A stretch of DNA of 64,000 bases. It comes from an uncultured Lactobacillus sp. (GTDB taxonomy: Bacteria > Bacillota > Bacilli > Lactobacillales > Lactobacillaceae). The position numbers were made by a program, and so were the translations under genes. Position 1 is the first letter of the stretch. Every line of letters begins with the position of its first letter. Shown here one piece after another: positions 1 to 10,418 of the stretch. The stretch spans positions 118 to 64,117 of the forward strand of contig NZ_CANBCP010000005.1 of assembly GCF_947367085.1 (NCBI RefSeq), written 5' to 3'. The notes beneath the pieces were generated by a model that searched no databases, was not told the DNA's origin, and saw only the letters and a program-made list of their open reading frames with translations.

Positions 1-660
1 ATTGAAGAAGGTTCAGTTGTTTCAATTATTGGACCGTCTGGTTCTGGTAAGAGTACTTTGATCCGGACCATGAATGGATTAGAGCCAATTAATTCGGGGC
101 AATTATTAGTTACTGGCTATGACTTAGCAGATAAGAAGACTGATTTAAACAAAATTAGAAAAAATGTAGGAATGGTCTTTCAGCACTTTAATTTATATGA
201 CAATCATACAGTGCTTGAAAATATCACATTAGCACCAAAAATCGTGCTTCATCGAGAAGATAAAGAAAATAAAAAGATCGCTATGAATTTATTAGAAAAA
301 GTAGGTCTAGCAGATTGGGCTGATCGCTATCCAAGACAGTTATCTGGTGGTCAAAAGCAGCGTGTCGCAATTGCGCGTTCACTTGCTATGCGTCCAAAGG
401 CAATTTTATTTGATGAACCAACTAGTGCCCTTGATCCAGAGATGATTCAAGATGTATTAGACGTAATGAAGTTTGTTGCAGAACAAGGCATTACGATGGT
501 AGTGGTGACGCATGAAATGGGCTTTGCCCGTGAAGTAGGTGATCGCTTGATCTTCTTTGATCAAGGGCAAATTTTAGAAGATAGTGATCCAGAAGAGTTC
601 TTTGCTCATCCTAAGACCGAACGTGCACAACAATTTTTGAGCAAGGTTATTGCTAAGTAG
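1..660 (+). CDS. glnQ: Polar amino acid (glutamine/glutamate/aspartate) ABC transporter ATP-binding protein, 5'-truncated by window edge
   Basis: Frame 1 is open from base 1 ([20 protein letters not shown], Walker A); LSGGQKQR signature, [11 protein letters not shown] Walker B; followed by SBP and two permeases. Confidence 0.93.
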   Translation: MEEGSVVSIIGPSGSGKSTLIRTMNGLEPINSGQLLVTGYDLADKKTDLNKIRKNVGMVFQHFNLYDNHTVLENITLAPKIVLHREDKENKKIAMNLLEKVGLADWADRYPRQLSGGQKQRVAIARSLAMRPKAILFDEPTSALDPEMIQDVLDVMKFVAEQGITMVVVTHEMGFAREVGDRLIFFDQGQILEDSDPEEFFAHPKTERAQQFLSKVIAK

Positions 661-669
661 GTACTGCTT

Positions 670-1491
670 ATGAAAAAATGGTTCAAATTTTTGACGGCAG
701 TCTTTGCTATCGCAGTAGTTTTGACACTTAGTGGATGCGCCCAAAATGCTCACAGAAATGTTTATCAAGAAACAAAAGCTGATAAAACAATCGTCTGGGG
801 CGTTAAGGCTGATACGCGTTTGTTTGGCTTAATGAGTATTAAGACTGGCAAGATTGAAGGCTTTGAAGTGGATTTAGCTAACGCCTTAACTAAGCAAATG
901 TATGGCAAAAACGCGAAGGCTGAATTTGTTCAAACAACGCCCAAAACAAGAATTCCGCTTTTAAAAAATGGCAACATTGACGCCATTTTGGCGACAATGA
1001 CGATTACGCCAGACCGTAAAAAGCAAGTCGATTTTACAACCCCATACTTCAACGCTGGCCAATCACTTTTAGTTCCTGATAATTCACCAATAAAAAATGT
1101 TAAGGATCTTAATGGCCGCACTGCTTTAGCTGTCAAGGGAACAACAGCAGTTGATAATGTGAAAAAATTTGCGCCTAAGGCTAAAGTTTTAGAATTTGAT
1201 GATTATGGACAAGCCTTCACCGCTCTAAAAGCAGGTCAAGGCCAAGCAATGACGACTGATAATGGCTTGCTTGCCGGAATTGCACGTGAAAATAAGGGCT
1301 TTAAGCTAGTTGGGGGTACTTATACTAGTGAACCTTATGGAATTGCCGTTAACAAAGGTCAAAGTCAGATGCGTGATCATTTAAACGCAGCTTTAAAACA
1401 ATTAAGAAAAGATGGTACATATCATCGCTTAATCGAAAAGTGGTTTGGCGGCATCGCAGGATTTGATATTAAGGAGGTTGAAAAGCAGTGA
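670..1491 (+). CDS. glnH: Amino acid ABC transporter substrate-binding lipoprotein (GlnH/Peb1A-like)
   Basis: Lipobox LSGC; SBP family 3 motifs (GFEVDL, RIPLLKNGNID, EPYGIAV). Confidence 0.88.
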   Translation: MKKWFKFLTAVFAIAVVLTLSGCAQNAHRNVYQETKADKTIVWGVKADTRLFGLMSIKTGKIEGFEVDLANALTKQMYGKNAKAEFVQTTPKTRIPLLKNGNIDAILATMTITPDRKKQVDFTTPYFNAGQSLLVPDNSPIKNVKDLNGRTALAVKGTTAVDNVKKFAPKAKVLEFDDYGQAFTALKAGQGQAMTTDNGLLAGIARENKGFKLVGGTYTSEPYGIAVNKGQSQMRDHLNAALKQLRKDGTYHRLIEKWFGGIAGFDIKEVEKQ

Positions 1492-2126
1492 TCAATATTT
1501 TGGTTAATCACTGGTCAGAGTTCTTGTCTGGCTTTTGGAACACGATTTTATGTAGTATTATCGCCTTATTTTTCAGCTTGATTTTGGGAGTAGGATTTGC
1601 ACTTTTAGAAGTTGCTCCAAATAAGTTTGCTCGCGTGATTGCCCACATTTATATCGAAATCTTCCGTAATATCCCTCTGTTAGTTATTACGATGATTTTT
1701 TATCTAGTGGTCCCACAGCTCTGGTTTAAAGTGTCTGGCTTTGCAGCCGGAACGATCGGATTAACGCTTTATACATCAGCTTTTATTGCTGAAACTGTAC
1801 GCAGCGGGATCAATTCGGTAGGACAAGGTCAAATGGAAGGTGCGCGTTCTAATGGGATGACTTATACTCAAGCAATGCGCTATGTCATCTTGCCGCAAGC
1901 TTTAAAGATTGTTATTCCACCACTTGGAAATCAATTCATTAACTTAATTAAGAACTCATCAGTTCTAGCCTTCGTAGCTGGCTTTGACTTGATGTATCAA
2001 GCCGATGTAATTGCTTTTTCATCGTTTGAGACAATTAATACTTATATGGCGGTTGGTTTATTTTACTTAGTATTGACTCTGCCACTTAGTTATTACATGC
2101 GTCATTTAGAAAAGAAATTAGCCTAG
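1488..2126 (+). CDS. glnM: Amino acid ABC transporter permease (GTG start)
   Basis: FRNIPLL and EAA motif (RSGINSVGQGQMEGARSNG); overlaps upstream stop. Confidence 0.85.
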   Translation: MINILVNHWSEFLSGFWNTILCSIIALFFSLILGVGFALLEVAPNKFARVIAHIYIEIFRNIPLLVITMIFYLVVPQLWFKVSGFAAGTIGLTLYTSAFIAETVRSGINSVGQGQMEGARSNGMTYTQAMRYVILPQALKIVIPPLGNQFINLIKNSSVLAFVAGFDLMYQADVIAFSSFETINTYMAVGLFYLVLTLPLSYYMRHLEKKLA

Positions 2127-2136
2127 GAGGGGAAAT

Positions 2137-2790
2137 ATGGAAACTTTTATTCATGCATATTCATGGATTGATATCCGCTTTTTGCTTCAAGGCTTATGGG
2201 TAACAATCTACGTGTCATTAATCTCAATTGTTTTGAGTTTTATCTTAGGATTAGTTTTTGGCTTTATCCGTTATGTGAAAATTAAATATGTTTCTGCAAT
2301 CGTCGGCTTTGTGATCGATATTATCCGTAACTTGCCACTTTTGTTAATTATTTTCTTCACTTACTTTGGCTTGCCCGAGCTAGGGATCGTCACTAATCCG
2401 ACGGTTGCTTCAATCATTGCCTTAGTGGTATTTGAAGGAGCAATGTTAGCTGAAATTGTGCGCAGCGGGATTGCTGCTGTTGATCCAGGTCAAATGGAAG
2501 GTGCACGTTCAAACGGGATGACTTACATGCAGGCAATGTATCATGTGGTGATTCCGCAAGCCCTGCAAAAGATGATTCCGTCGCTACTTTCGCAATTTGT
2601 TTCTTTAGTAAAAGACACGTCACTTGCGACAATTATTGTGTTGCCAGAATTGCTGTTCCACGCACAGATCATTTATAGTCAAAACACAACATATTTGATT
2701 CCGATGTACGTGATTATTTCGGTAATGTATTTTGTAGTATGTTTTAGCTTGTCAATGATTGCTAAGCATTTGCAAAATAAGTATGCGTAA
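2137..2790 (+). CDS. glnP: Amino acid ABC transporter permease
   Basis: IRNLPLL, EAA motif, VKDTSL; GGAGG RBS. Confidence 0.85.
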   Translation: METFIHAYSWIDIRFLLQGLWVTIYVSLISIVLSFILGLVFGFIRYVKIKYVSAIVGFVIDIIRNLPLLLIIFFTYFGLPELGIVTNPTVASIIALVVFEGAMLAEIVRSGIAAVDPGQMEGARSNGMTYMQAMYHVVIPQALQKMIPSLLSQFVSLVKDTSLATIIVLPELLFHAQIIYSQNTTYLIPMYVIISVMYFVVCFSLSMIAKHLQNKYA

Positions 2791-2805
2791 AAGATATATT
2801 CAAAG

Positions 2806-2840
2806 GCCTCGAAGTTACTTTAGCTTCGAGGCTCTTTTTT
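2806..2840 (+). terminator. Rho-independent terminator of gln operon
   Basis: gcctcgaag/cttcgaggc stem followed by T-run. Confidence 0.8.
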
Positions 2841-2924
2841 TGCACAAAATTAAAAAATATGTGGAAAATCTAATTTAAATCTATTATAATTTATCTAATT
2901 TTAAAGAAAGTTGGATAAAAATGT

Positions 2925-4517
2925 ATGAGAACACTCGGTAAAGCCATTTTTAAACAATATCGGTCTAAATTACTGTTTCTTCAAATTTTGACCATTTTAA
3001 ATACATTGGTGATCACTTTTAATATCTACTTAGAAGGGATGCTGCTTAACTCTTTAGTTTACAATCAAGACAAAAGCAACTTCTTCAAGATCTTGATTTT
3101 GATCATCAGCTTAAGTTTATCCCGCATTCTGTTTACTTATTTCGTTAATCGAATTCAAATTCTAGATTCTAGGAAAGCTAGCTTAGATGCAAATAATCTA
3201 GTTATCAAAAACCTATATTCAAAAGATACTCTAGAAATCTTAAAAAACGATCCAATCAAGCTAACTGATCAGCTTAACGATGATATCTATGCGATAATCA
3301 CGTTTTTATTTGAAACGGTCAGTCAAATAGTATCTTTAATCCTCTCATTTGCGATAATTTTCGTTTTTTTGGTGAGAACTAATCCAATCTACTTTTGGAT
3401 AATATTAGGTCTGCTAGCAGTTTATACAATTTGTTATTTCTTCTTGAAGCCTCGGATGTATGAAGTGAGCTTGAGGTTGAAAAATATCTACAATATATAT
3501 TTTTCGGGTTTATCAGATTGGTTTAGCAGATATGTTGAGATCAAGGGTAAAGGCACGTTTAATCAAAATCAAGCTAATTTAAACAAGGTGGAGACGAAAT
3601 TACTAAAGATTGGTAAAAAAGACTTTACTCTTAACTATGCTATGTCGGTCTTACAAATTGGAATTCAATTAATTTTCCAAATTTTTCTTTTTGTGTGGGG
3701 AGGGCTAGCTGTGATTGCTGGTCGCATCACTATTGGTTATTTCTCAATTATCTTGCAGTATTTCAATCAGTTACTAACTCATGCGGACAGTCTTTTTTCA
3801 ATTTTGGTGAAGTTAGAAGCCACCAATGTTTCTTATAAGAGAATGTCAACTTTACTGGAGATAAAAGCTCAAAAAGATGGAGACCTGAAATTGAATTCAG
3901 TCCAAAGTATTGATTTAAAAGGCGTTAACATCAGCCTGGGTCAAGATAAATATCTTTTCGATAACACTGTTAGCTATAAATTCCAAGCGCCTGGTCTTTA
4001 CGCAATTACAGGTAAAAATGGTGTTGGTAAATCAACGCTTTTGAGGACAATCAGTGGAATTTACAATAGCCAAATTTTAGGTGATATTTTAATTAATGGT
4101 AACATCTGCGAAAAAGTCGACCGGCAAGATCTTAGAAAGAATAAGATGAGTTTTGTCTTTCAAGATACCGGTATTCCAACATGCAGTGTTGGCGAGTATT
4201 TGGGGCAGCAGCTCAAAGAAGGAGATAGTAATTTTACAAAAGTTTTTTATTCTGAAAAATTCAATATTGAAAAATTGCTCGCTACTCCTATGGACCACTT
4301 ATCGTCAGGAGAGCTGCAATTAGTGAAGCTATATTCTGCATTGACGAAAGAAAATGTAGATTGTCTATTTTTGGATGAACCGCTAGCTAATATCCATCCC
4401 AGCATGAAAAAAGATATTATTAAACTCTTGCAAAAGGTTGCTCAAGATCATTTGATAATTATGATTAGCCATGACCAAGAAGACAATCTAGGTGAGAAAC
4501 GTTTAGAAATATGCTAA
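2925..4517 (+). CDS. ABC exporter, fused permease + ATPase (peptide/multidrug exporter-like), stand-alone
   Basis: Hydrophobic N-terminal half; Walker A GKNGVGKS, degenerate signature LSSGE, Walker B LFLDEP, H-loop ISHD. Confidence 0.8.
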   Translation: MRTLGKAIFKQYRSKLLFLQILTILNTLVITFNIYLEGMLLNSLVYNQDKSNFFKILILIISLSLSRILFTYFVNRIQILDSRKASLDANNLVIKNLYSKDTLEILKNDPIKLTDQLNDDIYAIITFLFETVSQIVSLILSFAIIFVFLVRTNPIYFWIILGLLAVYTICYFFLKPRMYEVSLRLKNIYNIYFSGLSDWFSRYVEIKGKGTFNQNQANLNKVETKLLKIGKKDFTLNYAMSVLQIGIQLIFQIFLFVWGGLAVIAGRITIGYFSIILQYFNQLLTHADSLFSILVKLEATNVSYKRMSTLLEIKAQKDGDLKLNSVQSIDLKGVNISLGQDKYLFDNTVSYKFQAPGLYAITGKNGVGKSTLLRTISGIYNSQILGDILINGNICEKVDRQDLRKNKMSFVFQDTGIPTCSVGEYLGQQLKEGDSNFTKVFYSEKFNIEKLLATPMDHLSSGELQLVKLYSALTKENVDCLFLDEPLANIHPSMKKDIIKLLQKVAQDHLIIMISHDQEDNLGEKRLEIC

Positions 4518-4552
4518 AAAAGCTATATCCCAAAAGCAGGATATAGCTTTTT
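4516..4552. terminator. Bidirectional terminator between ABC exporter and treC
   Basis: aaaaagctatatcc/ggatatagcttttt inverted repeat between convergent genes. Confidence 0.85.
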
Positions 4553-4558
4553 GCTTAT

Positions 4559-6217
4559 CTAAATTTTAAAGGCAAGTCCTTCGTATGGCTTAAGTTTTAA
4601 TTTAGAACCTAGTTTGCTAAGATCTTGTGAGTAATTACTGAGGAGCACTTGTCCATCTTTTTCAGCAAACTCAGCTGGGATATCGACTTGTGTTTCTTTA
4701 GCAAAGAAATTAGCGAAAACAAGGATCTTTTGATCACTATTATCTAGATATCTTTCATAAGCTAAAACATCTGGGTGGTCATTAAGTAGCGGCTTAATAT
4801 GACCATCAGAAATTAATTCTTCGCTCTTACGTAGCTTAATTAGTTTTTGATAGAAGTTAAAGATTGATCCTTCGGATAATTCTTTTTCAACATTGATTCT
4901 ATCTTGATCAGTTGGCATTAGCCATGGCTTGACCTTCGAAAAGCCAGCATATTCAGAATCATCCCAGTGCATTGGAACACGCGAGTTATCGCGAGCTTTG
5001 GCATTAATGATCTTGAAGGCTTGATCTTTATCGATTCCTTTATCAAGCAGTTCTTGGTAGGCGTTAAGAGCTTCGATGTCGACATAATCTTTCATTGAAT
5101 TATAGTGCGGATCAATCATTCCCAATTCTTCGCCCATATAAATATATGGCGTCCCTTTAAGAAGATGAAGTGCTAAAGCGAGCATTTGAGCTGATTGAAC
5201 GCGATATTTACCAGTATTTCCAAAGCGATTCAACGCCCAAGGCTGGTCATGATTGTTCCAAAATAGGGCTTGCCAGCCGCCACCTTGATCAATCTTGGAA
5301 TTCCAAGTCAGCAAGATGTCCTTTAACTTTTTGAAGTCAAACGGCATGATGGACCATTTTTCACCATCTTTATAGTCAACTTTTAAATGGTGGAAGGTAA
5401 AGACCATTGATAGTTCATGATCTTCAGGTCGTGTATAAGCAATTGAATTTTCAATTGTAGTAGAAGACATTTCACCCACAGTTACACTATCTGGATCTTG
5501 ACCAAATGATTCTTTGTTCAACTGCTTCAAGTATTCTTGCACAATTGGAGTATCAGTGTAGAGGCTCTTTTCTTGGGTAGGGTTGATAGAATCTACTAAT
5601 TTTTCATCTTTTCCAGTAACGTTGATTACATCAAATCTAAAGCCATGGACGCCTTTACTGCGCCAGAAGTTAACTACATCAATTAAGGCTTTACGAACTT
5701 CAGGATTATGCCAATTCAAGTCAGCTTGGGTTGGATCATAAAGGTGAAGGTAGTAATAATCAGTGTCGCCGAATTTGGCCCAAGCGCTGCCGCCAAATTT
5801 TGACTGCCAGTTGTTTGGCAATTTGCCATCTTTGCCTTTTCTCAAGTAAAAGAAATCTTGGTATTTTTTATCACCAGCGTGGGCTTTTTTGAACCATTCA
5901 TGTTCAGTCGAGCAATGGTTTAGTACCATATCAAGCATTACACCGACGCCGATTTCTTTTAATTTTGCGACTAATTCTTCAAAATCGGCCATACTGCCAA
6001 AACGTGGGTCGATTTTTTTATAGTCAGCAATATCATAGCCATTATCGTTTTGTGGTGATACAAAAAATGGGTTGAACCAAATCATATCGACGTTTAATTT
6101 TTTGATGTAGTCAATTTTTTCGATAATGCCTCGTAAGTCACCGATTCCATCGTTATTTGAATCATAAAAAGATTTTGGATAAATTTGGTAGATAACTTTT
6201 TTGCCTAAATTGTTCAT
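4559..6217 (-). CDS. treC: Trehalose-6-phosphate hydrolase (GH13)
   Basis: YQIYPKSF, DMVLNH, GFRFDVIN, GEMS, NNHDQ GH13 motifs; next to TreR and PTS. Confidence 0.93.
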   Translation of the reverse strand: MNNLGKKVIYQIYPKSFYDSNNDGIGDLRGIIEKIDYIKKLNVDMIWFNPFFVSPQNDNGYDIADYKKIDPRFGSMADFEELVAKLKEIGVGVMLDMVLNHCSTEHEWFKKAHAGDKKYQDFFYLRKGKDGKLPNNWQSKFGGSAWAKFGDTDYYYLHLYDPTQADLNWHNPEVRKALIDVVNFWRSKGVHGFRFDVINVTGKDEKLVDSINPTQEKSLYTDTPIVQEYLKQLNKESFGQDPDSVTVGEMSSTTIENSIAYTRPEDHELSMVFTFHHLKVDYKDGEKWSIMPFDFKKLKDILLTWNSKIDQGGGWQALFWNNHDQPWALNRFGNTGKYRVQSAQMLALALHLLKGTPYIYMGEELGMIDPHYNSMKDYVDIEALNAYQELLDKGIDKDQAFKIINAKARDNSRVPMHWDDSEYAGFSKVKPWLMPTDQDRINVEKELSEGSIFNFYQKLIKLRKSEELISDGHIKPLLNDHPDVLAYERYLDNSDQKILVFANFFAKETQVDIPAEFAEKDGQVLLSNYSQDLSKLGSKLKLKPYEGLAFKI

Positions 6218-6229
6218 AATTAGATCCCT

Positions 6230-6952
6230 CTATAACTTAATATGTTTTCTTCGTGCAAAATCAACGAATTTGAATTTGTCAGGTCTGTGATAAGACAAGG
6301 TCAACTCAAATTTGGTTGTGTCTTCTAAATAATTGCGACTTGCCACTAAAACAGCTAATTCATGATCAAGCTGCAATAATTTTTGAATATGGTCGTCAAC
6401 TTTGGTGACGGTGATTTCTTTAGTGGCATAGGAAATACTTAATCCTAGATCGTTTTCTAAATATTGATAAATAGATTTTTCAGCGGCACTTTTCGGAATA
6501 TCTGCAATTGGAGGATTTAATAAATAGTCACAATCCAAAACATCCGGTTGATCTTGAATGATACGCAAGCGTTCCACATGCGTGCCTTTGCTATCTTTTT
6601 CTTCGCTAAAGTATGGAAGAAACTTTTCTGGAAGTTGAGAACATTTTTCAAAGGTTAATATCTTAGTCTCAGCTCGCATGTCTAAATCTTTATTTAACTC
6701 CGCAAAGCTGGTAATTCCAGAAATAGGAAAGCTATAACGTTCTAGGTTCAAGACAAGTGAACCTTTGCCCTTGATCTTTTGAATTAAGCCTAATTCTGTC
6801 AATTGATCTAAAGCTCTTCGCACCGTTTCGCGCGAACTGCCATATAAAGCAGTCAGTTGATTTTCGCTGGGAATATAGTTGCCAGGCTTATAAAGTTGAT
6901 GCTTTATTTTACTTGCCAGATCTTGGGCAATAATATCAGATTTTGACTGCAT
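6230..6952 (-). CDS. treR: Trehalose operon repressor, GntR/UTRA family (start moved to ATG 6952 with GAGGTG RBS)
   Basis: PSENQL...SRETVRRAL HTH, UTRA C-terminus ending FVDFARR. Confidence 0.9.
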   Translation of the reverse strand: MQSKSDIIAQDLASKIKHQLYKPGNYIPSENQLTALYGSSRETVRRALDQLTELGLIQKIKGKGSLVLNLERYSFPISGITSFAELNKDLDMRAETKILTFEKCSQLPEKFLPYFSEEKDSKGTHVERLRIIQDQPDVLDCDYLLNPPIADIPKSAAEKSIYQYLENDLGLSISYATKEITVTKVDDHIQKLLQLDHELAVLVASRNYLEDTTKFELTLSYHRPDKFKFVDFARRKHIKL

Positions 6953-6980
6953 ATTTTTCACCTCAGTCTTTATTATACGC

Positions 6981-7073
6981 ACTTGACTAGACATGTAAAG
7001 CATAAAATAAATAGCTCTATATTGAAAATGAAAACTATTTCAAAAAAAATATTGACAACATGTATAGACAAGT
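6981..7073. promoter_or_regulatory. Two candidate TreR operators (6981-6996 acttgactagacatgt; 7058-7073 acatgtatagacaagt) in the divergent treR/PTS promoter region
   Basis: Two near-identical imperfect palindromes resembling TGTATATACA-type TreR sites; the second lies between TTGACA (7052) and TATAAT (7073). Confidence 0.65.
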
Positions 7074-7095
7074 ATAATATAATACTTGAAATTTA

Positions 7096-7109
7096 TGAAA
7101 ACGAATTCA
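7096..7109 (+). promoter_or_regulatory. cre-like CcpA site
   Basis: TGAAAACGAATTCA vs consensus TGWAANCGNTNWCA. Confidence 0.55.
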
Positions 7110-7127
7110 TCTAGAGGAGAATGAATT

Positions 7128-9059
7128 ATGGCAGATCAAACAATTAACTTATTAGCACCAGCAACCGGTGCAGTTATTGCTTTAGAAAAAACTTCTGATC
7201 CAATTTTTTCTCAAGGAACAATGGGTCAAGGTTTTGGTTTAACACCAACACATGGTCATGTTGTCGCTCCAGTTGCTGGTAAAGTAACAATGATTGCAGA
7301 CAGTAAGCATGCTGTTGGAATTGTAACTGATGATGGATTAGAAGTATTAGTCCACATGGGTGTTGATACTGTTGGATTAAAAGGTGAACCATTTGAAATC
7401 AAGATCAAAAACGATCAAGAAATAAAAGCTGGTCAGCCAATTGCTGAAATGGATTTAGATAAGATTAAAGCTAAGGGTTTAGATACCACGATTATGGTTT
7501 TAATCACTAATTCAGCTGACAAGTTAGCAGGCCTAGATGTAACTGAAGGTAAAGCTGATGCGAGACAAGTAGTTGCAACTGCTTATTTGAAAGATGAAAA
7601 ACAAGCTAGTCAACCTTCAAGTAAAAAACTTTCTCACAAAGATTTAGCAACTTTCATTATTAAGGAAGTTGGTGGCAAAGATAATATTAATAATGTGATC
7701 CACTGTATCACTAGACTACGTTTTTATTTAAAAGATGAAAGTAAAGCTGACGATGATGCCTTAAAAGACCAACGCGGAATTTTGGATGTAATGCATGCTT
7801 CAGGTCAATATCAAGTTGTTATTGGTAACGAAGTTGCTAGTGTTTATGACGAAGTAGTCAAACAGCTCGGCGATCTCGGCAATCAAGAAACTCCACAACC
7901 AAAAGACGACGGTAAGAATCCAATTAGCCGCGGCTTTGGTAACTTAATTGGATTTATTACTGGTTCAATGAGTCCAATCATCGGTGTAATTGCTGCAGCT
8001 GGTATTATTAAAGGTATTTTAGCTCTCTTGACTTTGCCACAATTAGGAAGCTTGTTAAGTATTAAGAGCACACCTTACATCACAATCAGTGCAATTGCTG
8101 ATGCGTCATTCTTCTTCTTACCAATTCTTGTTGGTTACTGTGCAGCTAAAAGATTAAATTCGGATCCAATTATCGCAGCTGTCATTGGTGGAGCCTTAGT
8201 TTATCCACAATTAGTTGAATGGGGTAAGGCATTTAAGACAATGTTTGAAGTAGGCGGCATTAAGTTTGAATTCTTAAACTATACCTACTCAATCTTCCCA
8301 ATGATTTTAGCAGCTTGGCTTGCTAAGGAATGTGAAGTTTGGCTTAAGAAGTGGCTGCCATCATACTTACAAATGATTTTTGTTCCTTTAATTACAGTTT
8401 TAGTAGTATCACTTTTGACTTTAACTGTAACTGGTCCAATTATCCAAGGCGTGGCTAACGGAATTGCAGTCTTCATTAACTGGTTAGTTCATGCATCTGG
8501 TTGGATTGGTGGCTTCATTATTGGTGGCTTTTACCAAGTGCTTGTTATCTTCGGACTTCACTGGGGAGTTGTGCCACTTGTTGCCCAACAAATTGCGGGT
8601 AGCGGTGAAAGTGCATTAAACGCAATTATTTGTTCATCAATGATCGCTCAAGGTGCTGCAGTATTAGCAGTTGCTATTAAATCTAAGAAGGAAGACTTAA
8701 AAGAATTAGGTTTTGCTTCAACAATTTCCGCAATGTGTGGGGTTACTGAGCCAGCTGTTTATGGTATCAGTTTGAGATACAAGAGAGTATTTATCTCAGG
8801 ATGTATTGGTTCTGCATTTGGTGGTTTAATTACTGGATTAATGCACGGTACAATGTATGGCTTTACCGGTGGTTTAATTGGATTCTCATCATTCTTCAAT
8901 CCAAAGCACCCAACGGATCTATCAAGTTTCTACACTTTCTTAATCGCTAGTTTAGTAACAATTATCGTAGCCTTTGCCGTAACATGGGTTTGGGGCTACA
9001 ATGACAATATGACTAAAGGTGCAAAGGTCGCTAAGAAGAAGAGACCAGGCACTAATTAA
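7128..9059 (+). CDS. treB: PTS trehalose transporter EIIABC (IIA-IIB-IIC order)
   Basis: N-terminal IIA (LVHMGVDTV), IIB HCITRLRF, IIC with GVTEPAVYG; divergent from treR-treC. Confidence 0.85.
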   Translation: MADQTINLLAPATGAVIALEKTSDPIFSQGTMGQGFGLTPTHGHVVAPVAGKVTMIADSKHAVGIVTDDGLEVLVHMGVDTVGLKGEPFEIKIKNDQEIKAGQPIAEMDLDKIKAKGLDTTIMVLITNSADKLAGLDVTEGKADARQVVATAYLKDEKQASQPSSKKLSHKDLATFIIKEVGGKDNINNVIHCITRLRFYLKDESKADDDALKDQRGILDVMHASGQYQVVIGNEVASVYDEVVKQLGDLGNQETPQPKDDGKNPISRGFGNLIGFITGSMSPIIGVIAAAGIIKGILALLTLPQLGSLLSIKSTPYITISAIADASFFFLPILVGYCAAKRLNSDPIIAAVIGGALVYPQLVEWGKAFKTMFEVGGIKFEFLNYTYSIFPMILAAWLAKECEVWLKKWLPSYLQMIFVPLITVLVVSLLTLTVTGPIIQGVANGIAVFINWLVHASGWIGGFIIGGFYQVLVIFGLHWGVVPLVAQQIAGSGESALNAIICSSMIAQGAAVLAVAIKSKKEDLKELGFASTISAMCGVTEPAVYGISLRYKRVFISGCIGSAFGGLITGLMHGTMYGFTGGLIGFSSFFNPKHPTDLSSFYTFLIASLVTIIVAFAVTWVWGYNDNMTKGAKVAKKKRPGTN

Positions 9060-9069
9060 TAGAAAAGAT

Positions 9070-9099
9070 AAAGAGGCTTAGGATGCCTCTTTATTTTTT
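9070..9099 (+). terminator. Terminator after tre PTS
   Basis: aaagaggc/gcctcttt stem plus T-rich tail. Confidence 0.75.
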
Positions 9100-9109
9100 G
9101 CTTACATTT

Positions 9110-9151
9110 GTGTAGATAACGACATATAATATTTTGTGTCGATAAAAACAT
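9110..9151 (+). promoter_or_regulatory. Two PadR-type operators flanking the padA -10 box
   Basis: GTGT-N8-ACAT at 9110-9125 and 9136-9151 (PadR consensus ATGT-N8-ACAT); TATAAT at 9125-9130. Confidence 0.7.
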
Positions 9152-9169
9152 AAAATAAAGGAGAAAAAT

Positions 9170-9724
9170 ATGGCTAATTTAAATAAGATGAACAAGAAAT
9201 TTAAAACTTTAGATGACTTTGTTGGAACTCACTTTATCTATACTTATGACAATGGCTGGGAATATGAATGGTACTGTAAAAATGATCACACTGTAGATTA
9301 TCGTATTCATGGAGGTATGGTAAAAGGTAGATGGGTGAAGGATCAAGAAGCTCATATTAATTTGTTAACTGAAGGCGTTTATAAAATTGCTTGGACAGAA
9401 CCTACTGGAACTGATGTGGCTTTAGATTTTGTACCAAATGAGCATAAGTTGAACGGTACTATTTTCTTTCCCAAGTGGGTTCAAAATCATCCTGAAATTA
9501 CTGTATGCTTTCAAAATGAACATATTGATTTAATGCATGAATCACGTGAAAAATATGAAACTTATCCTAAGTTAGTTGTGCCTGAATTTGCAAGGATTAC
9601 TTATATTGGGGATGCTGGTAGAGATAATGAAGAAGTAATCGCCCAAGCTCCTTATGATGGCATGACTGATGATATTAGAAACGGTAATTACTATGACGAA
9701 AATTACCGCCTTCTAAATAAATAG
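9170..9724 (+). CDS. padA: Phenolic acid decarboxylase
   Basis: [46 protein letters not shown] are diagnostic PAD motifs. Confidence 0.95.
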   Translation: MANLNKMNKKFKTLDDFVGTHFIYTYDNGWEYEWYCKNDHTVDYRIHGGMVKGRWVKDQEAHINLLTEGVYKIAWTEPTGTDVALDFVPNEHKLNGTIFFPKWVQNHPEITVCFQNEHIDLMHESREKYETYPKLVVPEFARITYIGDAGRDNEEVIAQAPYDGMTDDIRNGNYYDENYRLLNK

Positions 9725-9780
9725 GTGGAAAATAAGGCGTTTTTTCGCTAAACTGGTTGTGAAAGAATTGAAGTGATCAA

Positions 9781-10314
9781 ATGCCGAAGAAAAGAATTTT
9801 ACCTTATATCATTTTAGGAATCTTAAGCCAAAAGCCAGGTAGCACAGGGAAAGAAATTACTAATCAATTTACCAATGAAATTGGAGAATTTTGGAAAGCA
9901 GCCCATAGTCAGGTTTATCCAGAATTAAGAAAGATGGAAGAATCAAGTTGGATCGAAAAAAAGACTGATAGTGATAATGATAAAGAAAAGTACTACTATC
10001 TTTCTGATTTAGGAAGAAAAGAATTGGCAAAATGGATTAGACAGCCAGTTAATGAGCTCCCAGTCAATGAAGATCTGTTTTCCTTGAAGCTGTTTTTTAT
10101 TGATCAAGAAAATGATCCCCGTATATCAATCCTCGTAAATGCACAGTTAAAATTATTAACTGACCAGTTAGAGCACTTACAAGATAGGCAAAATTTGCTT
10201 TTTAGCAATACGCAGCAAATTAGTGCTCATTATGGTCACTATTTAATTTTGCAACGTGCCTTGGCTCGCCTAAAAAGCCAAATAGCTTGGCTGAAAACAA
10301 TAAGACAGCGTTAA
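9781..10314 (+). CDS. padR: Phenolic acid-responsive repressor PadR
   Basis: ILGIL..GKEI..F..EIGEFWKAAHSQVYPEL wHTH; C-terminal HYGHYLIL..A; adjacent to padA. Confidence 0.88.
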   Translation: MPKKRILPYIILGILSQKPGSTGKEITNQFTNEIGEFWKAAHSQVYPELRKMEESSWIEKKTDSDNDKEKYYYLSDLGRKELAKWIRQPVNELPVNEDLFSLKLFFIDQENDPRISILVNAQLKLLTDQLEHLQDRQNLLFSNTQQISAHYGHYLILQRALARLKSQIAWLKTIRQR

Positions 10315-10336
10315 AATCTGGACGCTGTCTTTTTTT
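10302..10336 (+). terminator. Terminator after padR
   Basis: aagacagcgt/acgctgtctt stem plus T-run. Confidence 0.75.
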
Positions 10337-10418
10337 ATTTGAATATGAAAAAATATTTGAAAAAGCCATCAATTATTAATATAATTAATATAAATTTAAT
10401 TTTATATGGGGTGAGTTA

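Noticed and set aside
7128-9059. Unusual IIA-IIB-IIC domain order in the trehalose PTS
   Set aside because: Already known for acidophilus-group trehalose PTS proteins; not novel
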